64,000 bases of DNA, taken from assembly GCA_022843705.1 (NCBI GenBank), contig JALHND010000002.1, forward strand, positions 16,857 to 80,856. The letters run 5' to 3'. The position numbers were made by a program, and so were the translations under genes. This DNA is from Burkholderiales bacterium. Lineage in GTDB: Bacteria; Pseudomonadota; Gammaproteobacteria; Burkholderiales; SG8-41. Shown here piece after piece: positions 49,549 to 58,601 of this stretch (positions are counted from its first letter, which is position 1; each line of letters begins with the position of its first letter). The notes under the pieces are model-generated. The model did not search any database, was not told the DNA's origin, and saw only the letters and a program-made list of their open reading frames with translations.

Positions 49549-50481
49549 ATGAACGAGCAGGAACGCAAGGCCGTGCTGACGGTATGCCTGATGGCGGCAT
49601 TCGCCGACGGCAGCAAACACGAGCGCGAGCGCGCCGAAGTCAAAAACATCGCCGAAACCCTCGCCGGTGAAACCTCGATCAACCTCTCCGCGCTTGTCCA
49701 GGACGTGCTGCTGAAGCGCGCGTCGCTGCCCCAGGCGGCGGCAATGCTGGTCACGCCCGAGTCGCGCCAGCTTGCTTTCGAAATGGCGGTCTGCGTCTGC
49801 GATGCCGACGGCGCGCAATCGCCGGCGGAACGCGAATTCCTCGAATCACTGCGTGTCGCGCTGGGCCTCGATGCCGCGCAGGCCGGCAGTTTCAGCGCGC
49901 AGGCGGAGTCCATCGCCGGCGCGCCGCTGGCGCCGGCCGCAACAGTCAGCGCCGCATCAACAATGACCCGCGAGGAAATGGACAAGGCCATCCTCAATGC
50001 CGCGATCCTCAACGGCGCGATTGAGCTGCTGCCTGAATCGCTGTCCACCATGGCGATCATTCCGCTGCAGATGAAGCTGGTCTACCGCATCGGCAAGTCC
50101 TACGGTTATGAGCTCGACCGCGGCCACATCAAGGATTTCCTGGCGACCGCGGGTGTCGGCCTGACCTCGCAGTACCTGGAACAGGCGGGACGCAAACTCC
50201 TCGGCGGACTGCTGCGCAGCGTCGGTGGCGGCCTGCTCGGCGGCCTCGGCAAACAGGCTGTCAGCTCCGGCATGAGTTTCGCCAGCACCTATGCGCTGGG
50301 TCATGTCGCGCGCCACTACTACGCCGGCGGCCGCACGCTGAACACGCAGATGCTGCGCGAGGCCTTCAACGACATGTTGGGCGAAGCAAAAAACCTGCAG
50401 GGACGTTACCTGCCGGAGATGCAGGCGCAGGCACGCACGCTGGATGCGGGACGCCTGGTCAGCCTCGTGCGGCAGGGCTGA
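49549..50481 (+). CDS. TerB-like N-domain protein with a conserved C-terminal domain of unknown function
   Basis: 310-aa ORF. The N-terminal TerB-like pattern is LMAAFADG...ERAEV...AVCVCDADG...EREFL. I do not firmly recognise the C-terminal part (IIPLQMKLVYRIGKSYGYELD). Confidence 0.6.
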   Translation: MNEQERKAVLTVCLMAAFADGSKHERERAEVKNIAETLAGETSINLSALVQDVLLKRASLPQAAAMLVTPESRQLAFEMAVCVCDADGAQSPAEREFLESLRVALGLDAAQAGSFSAQAESIAGAPLAPAATVSAASTMTREEMDKAILNAAILNGAIELLPESLSTMAIIPLQMKLVYRIGKSYGYELDRGHIKDFLATAGVGLTSQYLEQAGRKLLGGLLRSVGGGLLGGLGKQAVSSGMSFASTYALGHVARHYYAGGRTLNTQMLREAFNDMLGEAKNLQGRYLPEMQAQARTLDAGRLVSLVRQG

Positions 50482-50493
50482 GATGCCCCGCCG

Positions 50494-50530
50494 TATATAT
50501 CATAAGTATTTGATTATAAACAACTTTTAA
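50494..50530 (-). repeat. AT-rich element, copy 6
   Basis: The minus strand reads GCTTAAAAGTTGTTTATAATCAAATACTTATGATATATAC. It contains the TAA stop of the PrpF-family gene and fills the 45-bp convergent gap. Confidence 0.8.
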
Positions 50531-51717
50531 GCGACCTTCCGGGCGCCGGCGGATGCCAGCCCCGGCACCCGCGACGCGCGCAGCAGCACCTGGCCCTCGA
50601 ACATACGGCGCTGGGTGCGATAAAAGGCGCCCTGCTCGGCGTGCCAGCCGCCGTCCTTGTGTTTCACGGTTGCCGCCACGGTCAGGATGCCCGAGGGCAT
50701 GCCGATGCGGATCGGCGCCTCGACATCGCCGCCCTTGCGCAGCACCTCGTTGACCACGCTGCCTTCGATGCGCGCGGCCACCGCCATGCACAGCGACACC
50801 GTCAGCGGCAGCGCACGGTGCGGCTGGCCGTTGGAAATGACCCGGCCCGTGAGGTCGATATCCTTGCCGGCGATGGTCTCCCCCGACAGCAGCTTCGCAT
50901 CCTGCGCCGGCGAGACAAAACCGATGAAGGGGATCGACTTCTTTTTTGCGGCCTCGTCCGCATTCGCCGCGATGCCCATCGCCACCGAGCCGGCGATGCG
51001 GATCGCCGACAGTTTCTGCATCGCCCCGGCATTCGCCTCCAGCGGTTCCGGCAGTTCGGTGCCGGAGAGACCGATGTCCTCAGCCTTGATCCACACCGTC
51101 GCGTTGGCGGCATCGACCAGCGATGCGCGGATTTTGCCGACACCCGGCACATCCAGGACATCGACGGCATTGCCGGTGGGCAGCAGTTTGCCGGTGGTCG
51201 CACCGCCGGGATCGCGGAATTCCAGCTTCACCGGCGAACCGGTGCCGGATACGCCAGGAATGGCCAGGTCGCCGTCGACCGCAGCCAGGCCGTCATCAAT
51301 GCTGAACAGCGCATGGATGATTTTTTTGGTGTTGGTGTTGTGGATGCGCACCAGCGCTTCCCGTCCCGACACCCTGACCAGGCCCTCATCGACTGCAAAG
51401 GGCCCCATCGCCGAAGACATGTTGCCGCAGTTCGCGCCGTAGTCGACCTTGGCCTCCTTCACCTGCACCTGGGCAAAGGTGTAGTCGATGTCGGCATCGG
51501 GCCGCGTCGACGGTCCGACCACGCAGACCTTGGACAGCGAGGACACGCCGCCGCCCATGCCGTCGAGCTGGCGGCCGTTGGGATCGGGGCTGCCGATCGC
51601 AGCGAGGAAAATTTCATCCCACAGCGCGCGGTCGGCCGGCAGGTCCTGCTGCTTGAACACCACGGCATTGCTGGTGCCGCCGCGCATGAATACCGCGGGA
51701 AATCTGAGTTGTTTCAT
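50527..51717 (-). CDS. PrpF-family isomerase (AcnD-accessory / 4-oxalomesaconate tautomerase-like)
   Basis: ORF trimmed to MKQLRFPAVFMRGGTSNAVVF at 51717. The MRGGTS and NCGNMS motifs are diagnostic of PrpF-fold isomerases. Confidence 0.88.
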   Translation of the reverse strand: MKQLRFPAVFMRGGTSNAVVFKQQDLPADRALWDEIFLAAIGSPDPNGRQLDGMGGGVSSLSKVCVVGPSTRPDADIDYTFAQVQVKEAKVDYGANCGNMSSAMGPFAVDEGLVRVSGREALVRIHNTNTKKIIHALFSIDDGLAAVDGDLAIPGVSGTGSPVKLEFRDPGGATTGKLLPTGNAVDVLDVPGVGKIRASLVDAANATVWIKAEDIGLSGTELPEPLEANAGAMQKLSAIRIAGSVAMGIAANADEAAKKKSIPFIGFVSPAQDAKLLSGETIAGKDIDLTGRVISNGQPHRALPLTVSLCMAVAARIEGSVVNEVLRKGGDVEAPIRIGMPSGILTVAATVKHKDGGWHAEQGAFYRTQRRMFEGQVLLRASRVPGLASAGARKVA

Positions 51718-51905
51718 CGGAGTCTCCTTGTCCTGCTGTCGTTGTTCCGGATACCTTGCCACATGTTCATGATGTGGATTGATTCACGGCGGATCACGCT
51801 GCAGATGCAACATTTGCAGCCGGTTGCGGTATTCTAGCGGCATTCATGCATAGCTGAATGTGCGGCCTCATCCGCCGCCGCAACCATCGCACGGAAATCC
51901 ACGAT

Positions 51906-52724
51906 ATGAAAAAACGCATCACCTCCACCCGCAAAAAAAACGCGGCACCCCGCAAACGCAGCACCCGCGCCAACCGCGGCATCGACGCCGCCGAATGGCA
52001 GGCCCGCGTCGAACTGGCCGCCGCCTACCGGCTGACCGCGCTGATGGGCTGGACCGACATGCTCGGCACCCACATCTCCTGCCGCGTCCCCGGCCGCCAT
52101 GACCAGTTCCTGATCAATCCCTACGGCCTGCTGTTCGAGGAAATGACCGCGTCCGACCTGATCAAGTGCGATGTCGACGGCCGCAAGCTGTCGGATTCGC
52201 CGTACGAAGTCAACTCCGCCGGCTTCACCATCCACAGCGCGGTGCACATGAACTGCCCGGGAGCCGACGCGGTGATGCACTGCCATACCCAGTATGGCGT
52301 TGCCGTCGCCTCGCAGAAACAGGGCCTGCTGCCGCTGACCCAGATGTCGCTGACCGCGCTGTCCCAGGTGCGTTACCACGATTTCGAGGGTGTCGCCGAG
52401 GATCACAACGAACGCGAGCGCCTGGTGCGCGACCTCGGTGACGGCAGCATGCTGATCCTGCGCAACCACGGCACACTGACCGTGGGCCGCAGTGTCGGCG
52501 AGATGTTCGCGCGCATGTACCGCCTCGAACGCGCCTGCAAGATGCAGATCACCGCGATGACCGGCGGCGCCGAACTGAACCACCTGCCCGGCGAAATCGT
52601 CAAACACACGATCGACCAGGGCAATTTCATCTACGGCGAAAACGGCCGCGGCGCCGGCGGCAGGCTGATGTGGTCGGCGCTGATGCGCAAGCTCGACCGG
52701 GAATGCCCCGGTTACGCGTCCTGA
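51906..52724 (+). CDS. class II aldolase/adducin-family protein
   Basis: ORF trimmed to MKKRITSTRKK at 51906. Contains GTHISCRVPG..FLINPYG and HCHT...A metal-ligand segments. Confidence 0.8.
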   Translation: MKKRITSTRKKNAAPRKRSTRANRGIDAAEWQARVELAAAYRLTALMGWTDMLGTHISCRVPGRHDQFLINPYGLLFEEMTASDLIKCDVDGRKLSDSPYEVNSAGFTIHSAVHMNCPGADAVMHCHTQYGVAVASQKQGLLPLTQMSLTALSQVRYHDFEGVAEDHNERERLVRDLGDGSMLILRNHGTLTVGRSVGEMFARMYRLERACKMQITAMTGGAELNHLPGEIVKHTIDQGNFIYGENGRGAGGRLMWSALMRKLDRECPGYAS

Positions 52725-52742
52725 CTCCCCCTCATCGGCCTG

Positions 52743-52784
52743 CGGGGCACCCCTGCCTTGATGGGCGGCGGTGCCCCGTTTTTT
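52743..52784 (+). terminator. intrinsic terminator
   Basis: CGGGGCACC ... GGTGCCCCG stem followed by T6. Confidence 0.75.
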
Positions 52785-52810
52785 GAGAGATTCCTTTTGA
52801 AAGTCCGCAC

Positions 52811-53959
52811 TTGAAACCGATCACCGTCGTCACCCTGCTGACACTGGCCATGCAGGGTGGCCACATGGGCAGCCGCGTCGTCGCCTCGCTGCTCGCGCTG
52901 AGTCTGGGCGCCGGTCCGATGCTGATCGGTGTGCTGATCGCCTCCTACTCGATCTTCCAGCTCGGATTTGCACTGGTCGTCGGCCGCATATCAGACCGTT
53001 ACGGCTCGCGCTGGCCGATGCTCGGCGGCACCATCGCCTTCGCCGCCGGACTGGTAATACCCGCCCTGTCGCCGACACTGCCGGCGCTGTTCCTGTCGGC
53101 ACCGCTGATCGGCATCGGCTTCGTGTTTTTCAACGTCGCGGTGCAGAACCTGGCCGGCACCCTCGGCAGCGCCGCCGAGCGCACGCGCAACTTCTCCACG
53201 CTGAGCCTCGGTTATTCCAGCGGCCACATGATCGGCCCGATCATCGCCGGGGTGATGATCGACCGTTTCGGCTTCGGCCCCGCCTACATGGCGTTTGCAG
53301 TGCTGACCCTGGCGCCGATACTGACCCTCGCCCTGTCAACCACGCTGGGCGCCAGCGGCGCCCGCAAGGAGGCGACGGGCAGCAGCGCCTTTGACCTGCT
53401 GCGCGTGCCCCCGCTGCGGCGGATGATCATCGTCAGCGGCCTGGTCACCACCGGCTGGGATCTTTATGTGTTCTATGTGCCGATCTACGGCCATTCCATC
53501 GGCCTCTCGGCATCGACCATTGGCGCCATCCTCGGCGCCTTCGCCGCGGCCAGCTTCATCGTCCGCGTCGCGCTGCCGCTGCTGACCCGCCGCTACAGCG
53601 TGGAAACGGTGCTCGCCGCAGCCATGTGCATCGCGGCGCTGCTGTTCCTGCCCTTCGCCTTCATCGATTTCGTGCCGGCCCTGTTGGCCCTGTCCTTCGG
53701 CATCGGCCTCACGCTGGGTGTCAGCCAGCCGCTGACGCTGAACCTGACCTACAACCGCTCGCCTGCCGGACGCTCCGGCGAAGTCACCGGGCTGCGCCTG
53801 ACCATCAACAACGTCACCCATATCGCGGTGCCGCTGGCCGCAGGCTCGGTCGGCGCGCTGCTCGGCATCGCACCGGTGTTCTGGGCCAGCGCCGCGATCC
53901 TGCTGACCAGCGGCTGGTTGACCCACGGCGACCGCGAGCCTCCCCCGGCACGGCAGTAA
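52811..53959 (+). CDS. MFS transporter
   Basis: 382-aa ORF (TTG start per the track; uncertain). It has 11-12 TM helices and the motif GRISDRYGSR. Confidence 0.8.
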   Translation: MKPITVVTLLTLAMQGGHMGSRVVASLLALSLGAGPMLIGVLIASYSIFQLGFALVVGRISDRYGSRWPMLGGTIAFAAGLVIPALSPTLPALFLSAPLIGIGFVFFNVAVQNLAGTLGSAAERTRNFSTLSLGYSSGHMIGPIIAGVMIDRFGFGPAYMAFAVLTLAPILTLALSTTLGASGARKEATGSSAFDLLRVPPLRRMIIVSGLVTTGWDLYVFYVPIYGHSIGLSASTIGAILGAFAAASFIVRVALPLLTRRYSVETVLAAAMCIAALLFLPFAFIDFVPALLALSFGIGLTLGVSQPLTLNLTYNRSPAGRSGEVTGLRLTINNVTHIAVPLAAGSVGALLGIAPVFWASAAILLTSGWLTHGDREPPPARQ

Positions 53960-54015
53960 ACTGCCGGCCGCCAATCGGGGACGGGACAGCAAACGGCCGC
54001 CGGACCGACCCGCCC

Positions 54016-54050
54016 AAAAAAACACGCGGCCTCGGCCGCGTGTCAGTTTT
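54016..54050. terminator. bidirectional intrinsic terminator
   Basis: A7-CACGCGGCC-TC-GGCCGCGTG-TCAGTTTT, lying between convergent MFS and tctA genes. Confidence 0.75.
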
Positions 54051-54103
54051 GATGCTCTTCACTCCGTCACCGGTATGCCGGTGTCTTGTTCTCCCCCTCG
54101 AAA

Positions 54104-55636
54104 TCAGGCTCCCGGAGGTTCGTGGAAAGCGACTTCGCGCTTCTTGCGCACGTTCGGCAGGATCATCACCACCAGCAGCAGGATCGTCAGGCCGAGGAAC
54201 ACCGCGCTGATCGGCCGCGTGAAGAACACGGTCGGATCACCCCGCGAAATCAGCAGCGCGCGGCGCAGGTTTTCTTCCATCAGCGGTCCGAGCACGAAGG
54301 CCAGGATCAGCGGCGCCGGCTCGCACTTCATCTTGATGAAGACATAACCCATCAGGCCGAAGAACACCGTCATGTAGATGTCGAGATCCAGGTTGTTGAC
54401 GCTGTAGACGCCGATCGCCATGAAGGTCAGGATCGCCGGGAACAGGATGCGGTATGGCACCGTCAGCAGCTTGACCCAGAGACCGATCAGCGGCAGGTTC
54501 AGCACCACCAGCATCGCATTGCCGATCCACATGCTCGCGATCAGGCCCCAGAACAGTTCCGGACGCTGGGTCATCACCTGCGGTCCCGGCGCAATGCCCT
54601 GGATGGTCAGCGCGCCCAGCATCAGCGCCATCGTGCCGCTGCCCGGAATGCCGAGGGTCAGCGTCGGGATGAACGCGCACTGCGCGGCAGCGTTGTTGGC
54701 AGACTCCGGACCGGCGACGCCCTGGATGGCGCCCGTGCCGAATTCCTCCGGATTTTTGGCCATCTTTTTCTCCAGCGCATAGCTCGAGAAGGCACTGATC
54801 GTCGGGCCGGCACCGGGCAGCGTGCCGAAGAAGGCGCCGATTGCCGTGCCGCGGACGATCGGACCCACCGACACCTTCAGGTCGCGCAGCGTCGGATACA
54901 GGTGCTCGATCTTCTTGGTCAGCAGTTCGCGCCCGGCGGCATCCTGGCCTTTTTCAAGGTTGTTCAGGATTTCCGCAAAACCGAACAGGCCCATGGCGAC
55001 GACGACAAAGCTCAGCCCGTCAGCCAGTCCCGACATGCCGAAGGTGAAGCGCGACATGCCCGAGTTGACGTCGGTGCCGACGATGCCGAACAGCAGGCCG
55101 AGGAAAATCATCGCGATGGCCTTCAGCATCGAGCCGCTGGCCAGCACCGCCGAAGCGATCAGGCCCATGGACATCAGCGAGAAATATTCCGGCGCACCGA
55201 ATTTCAGCGCGATCTCGGCCAGCGGCGGGCCGGCCAGCGCGATCAGCAGCGTGCACACCGTGCCGGCAAAGAAGGAACCGACGGCGGCGATTGCCAGCGC
55301 CGGGCCGGCGCGGCCGTTCTTGGCCATCTGGTAGCCGTCGAGACAGGTCACCACCGAAGCCGATTCACCGGGCAGGTTGACCAGGATCGAGGTCGTCGAA
55401 CCGCCATACTGGGTGCCGTAATAAATGCCGGCCAGCATGATCAGCGCGCCCACCGGCGGCAGGTTGAAGGTCGCGGGCAGCAGCATCGCGATCGCGGCCA
55501 GCGGACCGACGCCCGGAAGCACACCGACCATCGTGCCGACAAACACGCCGATGAAGCAGTACATCAGGTTCTGCAGCGAAACGGCTGTCTGGAAACCCAA
55601 CGCGAGGTTGGGCAGCAGTGCGGCTAAACTTTCCAT
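54104..55636 (-). CDS. tctA: tripartite tricarboxylate transporter large permease TctA
   Basis: 510-aa polytopic ORF beginning MESLAALLPNLALGFQ...GVLPGVGP, the typical TctA N-terminus. Confidence 0.92.
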   Translation of the reverse strand: MESLAALLPNLALGFQTAVSLQNLMYCFIGVFVGTMVGVLPGVGPLAAIAMLLPATFNLPPVGALIMLAGIYYGTQYGGSTTSILVNLPGESASVVTCLDGYQMAKNGRAGPALAIAAVGSFFAGTVCTLLIALAGPPLAEIALKFGAPEYFSLMSMGLIASAVLASGSMLKAIAMIFLGLLFGIVGTDVNSGMSRFTFGMSGLADGLSFVVVAMGLFGFAEILNNLEKGQDAAGRELLTKKIEHLYPTLRDLKVSVGPIVRGTAIGAFFGTLPGAGPTISAFSSYALEKKMAKNPEEFGTGAIQGVAGPESANNAAAQCAFIPTLTLGIPGSGTMALMLGALTIQGIAPGPQVMTQRPELFWGLIASMWIGNAMLVVLNLPLIGLWVKLLTVPYRILFPAILTFMAIGVYSVNNLDLDIYMTVFFGLMGYVFIKMKCEPAPLILAFVLGPLMEENLRRALLISRGDPTVFFTRPISAVFLGLTILLLVVMILPNVRKKREVAFHEPPGA

Positions 55637-55640
55637 ATTC

Positions 55641-56087
55641 TTATCTCCACCAGAACAGCGGGAAGGGCAGTTCCAGGCCCTTGATGAACAGGGCCCAGCA
55701 GCCGATGATCAGCGCAATACCCACGATGATCGCCTCTTTCCAGCGGTATTCCCTGCCTGCCGCAGAAGCCAGGGTGACCATGACGAAAACAGCCAGCACG
55801 AAGCCGACGTGGTCGATCGCCCATCCGAAGAATATGAAGGCGACGCTCAACAGGACCATCGGCTTCCATGCGAACTTGCCGATACCCTCGCCTTTGTCCT
55901 TGAATCCGGTCGCGGCAATCATCAGTCCCAGTACGATCAGAATGATGCCTATCCATGTGGGGAAATAACCGGGTCCCATCCGCGCAGCCGTACCGAACGG
56001 ATAATCCTGGGCAATGAATATCGCCAAGGCTCCGAAGGCGATGAACATGACACCGCCCCAGAAATCTTCCTGACTCGTGATTTTCAA
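55641..56087 (-). CDS. tctB: tripartite tricarboxylate transporter small subunit TctB
   Basis: 148-aa four-helix ORF ending 5 nt upstream of tctA. TTG start preceded by an AGGAGGG RBS. Confidence 0.85.
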   Translation of the reverse strand: MKITSQEDFWGGVMFIAFGALAIFIAQDYPFGTAARMGPGYFPTWIGIILIVLGLMIAATGFKDKGEGIGKFAWKPMVLLSVAFIFFGWAIDHVGFVLAVFVMVTLASAAGREYRWKEAIIVGIALIIGCWALFIKGLELPFPLFWWR

Positions 56088-56538
56088 CTGAACACCCTCC
56101 TGATTTCAGAAACAGATACCGGGACGCATTTCACTCCCGATCCGGTGTGCCGCCCACCTTGCTCGAACTGCAGACCTTCGCGACAAGTACTGCCCGTGAC
56201 TTCTTTTTTGACCCCTGTGTTATCAGGTTTATAGATTACGGAACCGGACTTTACACGAAGCATTCTGCCAAACAAAGCTTTTTTACCCCCTGTATTGTGC
56301 GATGCACCATGCCTTTTTGCACTTCGCGCAGCACGATTGCGCAACACAGGAACGTGCTTCCAGCCGCCGCGGATTCTAAGGTGCAAGACTTTCGCGAGGC
56401 TTTCATGAAAACAGATATTCAGGGCTCTGCTTTTGCGCTCCGCGCGGCCCCGGAATCGCCGCTGAATACGCTGGCACGACAGTGGTTTGGCAGGTCATGC
56501 GCCGGAGTGGTGCACGGCCTGCCCGCCATGCACCGCCG

Positions 56539-57522
56539 TCAATCCATCATGTCCACGCGCTTGGTCTTGATCAGCATGCGCAGCTTGTCGGCTTCACCGT
56601 TGATGAATTTGCCGAAATCTTCCGGCGTGCCGCCGGCCTTCACCAGCCCGAGCTGGTCCAGTCGCGCCTGGACATCAGGCATCTGCAGCACGCGGTTCAT
56701 CTCGGTGTTCAGCCGATTGACGACGGCGCGCGGCGTTTTGGCGGGAACCTGCACGCCGAACCACACGGTGGCCTCGGCATTGCGGATGCCCTCCTCCGCC
56801 AGTGTCGGCACGTTCGGCAACACGGCCTGGCGCGCGGGCGCGGCAACGGCCAGCACCTTGATGCGTCCGGCCTTGATGTGCGCATCGCCGCTGACCACCG
56901 TGGTGTAGACCACGTCGACCCTGCCGCCGATGACATCGGTCAGCGCCGGCGCGGTGCCCTTGTATGGCACGTGCACCACGTTGACGCCGGTGGCCGCTGC
57001 GAACAGCGCTTGGCCGATATGCAGGCTGCTGCCGTTGCCCGATGAAGCCCAGGTCAGCTTGCCGGGATTGGCCTTGGCATGGGCCAGCAGTTCACGGCCG
57101 TTGTTCGGGCCGAATTTCGGGCTGGCGACGATGATCAGCGGCGAATAACCGATGAAAAACACCGGCGCGAAATCGTTGATCTGGTACGGGGACTTCCGCC
57201 GCATGACAATGTTGTTGACGCTGGGGCCGGGATTGGCATGCAGCAGCGTGTAACCGTCGGGCGCGGCGTCCGCGGCAATCTGCGCGCCGATCGAGCCGCC
57301 GGCGCCGGAACGGTTGTCGATGACGAACTGCTGTCCCAGGCCTTCCGACATTTTCTGCGCGAACAGCCGCGCGGTGATGTCGTTCGAGGCACCCGGCGGA
57401 AAAGGCACGATCCAGCGCACGGGACGCGCCGGATAGGCTTCGGTGCCCTGCGCCACAGCTTCCGATATGGGGAACTGCATGAGTCCGATGGCGGCAAGCG
57501 CCGCGAACAGATTGCGTTTCAT
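56539..57522 (-). CDS. tctC: Bug/TctC-family substrate-binding protein
   Basis: The long ORF 56539-58266 is trimmed to MKRNLFAALAAIGL at 57522 (GAGGAGGA RBS). Contains YPARPVRWIVPFPPGASND...VPYKGTAPA...VWFGVQVPAKTP. Confidence 0.9.
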   Translation of the reverse strand: MKRNLFAALAAIGLMQFPISEAVAQGTEAYPARPVRWIVPFPPGASNDITARLFAQKMSEGLGQQFVIDNRSGAGGSIGAQIAADAAPDGYTLLHANPGPSVNNIVMRRKSPYQINDFAPVFFIGYSPLIIVASPKFGPNNGRELLAHAKANPGKLTWASSGNGSSLHIGQALFAAATGVNVVHVPYKGTAPALTDVIGGRVDVVYTTVVSGDAHIKAGRIKVLAVAAPARQAVLPNVPTLAEEGIRNAEATVWFGVQVPAKTPRAVVNRLNTEMNRVLQMPDVQARLDQLGLVKAGGTPEDFGKFINGEADKLRMLIKTKRVDMMD

Positions 57523-57569
57523 GGTTTTTTCCTCCTCGTTGTTGATGCCGCAGTGCCGCGGCTTGGTCC

Positions 57570-58547
57570 TCAGCCGCGCGTCAGCGCGTCCGGGTTGATC
57601 ACGTTGACCGGCTTGCCGCCGGCATAGGCGATGATCTGGTCGAAAATGCTGCTGAATATGCGCTCGTAACCCGCGCGTTCGACATAACCGATATGCGGCG
57701 TGCACAGCGCATTGTCGAGTTTCAGCAGCGGATGGTTTGCGCCCAGCACCGGCTCGTCCTCGAACACGTCGACGGCGGCCATGCCCGGCCGCCCCAGCTG
57801 CAAGGCCTTTTCCAGCGCGCCCGCCTCGATCAGCCCGGCGCGGCTGGTGTTGACGATCAGTGCCGTGGGTTTCATCCGCGCGAGGTCGGCGGCGGACACG
57901 ATGCCGCGGGTCTCGGCGATCAGCCGCAGATGCAGCGAAATCACGTCGCTCTCCTCGAAAAAAGCCTCCTTGCTGCGCGCGGCGGCATATCCGTCGGCCC
58001 GCGCCCGGGCCAGCGAAGCCTCGCGCGCCCACACCAGCACCTTCATGCCGAAAGCCTTGCCGTAACCGGCGATCACCGCGCCGATGCGGCCGTAACCGTA
58101 GACGCCCAGCGTCTTGCCGCGCAGTCCATGTCCCACCGTCGACTGCCAGCGCCCCGCCTTCAATGCCGCCACCTCCTGCGGGATGTGGCGCATCGCGGCA
58201 ATGATCAATCCCCAGGTCAGCTCGGCGGTGGCGTACGAGGGCTGTCCGGGATGCAGGTTGCTGCACAGCACGACGCCCTGCCGGGTGCAGGCCTCGACGT
58301 CGATGTGCGGGTAGACGCTGTGGTGGCTGATCAGTTTCAGTTTCGGCAGGCGTTCGATCAGCGGCGCGCGGACCGGCGTGCGTTCACGGATCAATACCAG
58401 CGCCTCGGTGTCCTTCAGGCGTTGCGCCAGTACGTCGACATCCTTGCTGTGGTCATTCCAGACCGTGACCTCGTGGCCCTGCAGCTTCGAATAGCAGTCC
58501 AGCCTGCGCACCACATCCTGGTAGTCATCGAGAATCGCGATCTTCAT
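57570..58547 (-). CDS. D-isomer-specific 2-hydroxyacid dehydrogenase
   Basis: 325-aa ORF with the NAD motif [14 protein letters not shown] and the catalytic TPHIGY segment. Confidence 0.88.
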   Translation of the reverse strand: MKIAILDDYQDVVRRLDCYSKLQGHEVTVWNDHSKDVDVLAQRLKDTEALVLIRERTPVRAPLIERLPKLKLISHHSVYPHIDVEACTRQGVVLCSNLHPGQPSYATAELTWGLIIAAMRHIPQEVAALKAGRWQSTVGHGLRGKTLGVYGYGRIGAVIAGYGKAFGMKVLVWAREASLARARADGYAAARSKEAFFEESDVISLHLRLIAETRGIVSAADLARMKPTALIVNTSRAGLIEAGALEKALQLGRPGMAAVDVFEDEPVLGANHPLLKLDNALCTPHIGYVERAGYERIFSSIFDQIIAYAGGKPVNVINPDALTRG

Positions 58548-58566
58548 TCAGGCTGCTCCACTGTGT

Positions 58567-58601
58567 TTGTATATAAGTATTTGATTTTATTTATTATTTT
58601 A
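58567..58601 (-). repeat. AT-rich element, copy 7
   Basis: The minus strand reads CTAAAATAATAAATAAAATCAAATACTTATATACA. It contains the TAA stop and the last two codons of the upstream lyase gene, and ends 20 nt before the next ATG. Confidence 0.85.

Noticed and set aside
56084-56386. A 100-codon minus-strand ORF inside the tctC-tctB spacer, and a sigma54 promoter in the same spacer.
   Set aside because: The ORF has no GC3 bias or recognisable motif and overlaps the tctB start. The TGGCA-containing sites I checked lack the GG-N10-GC spacing required for sigma54.
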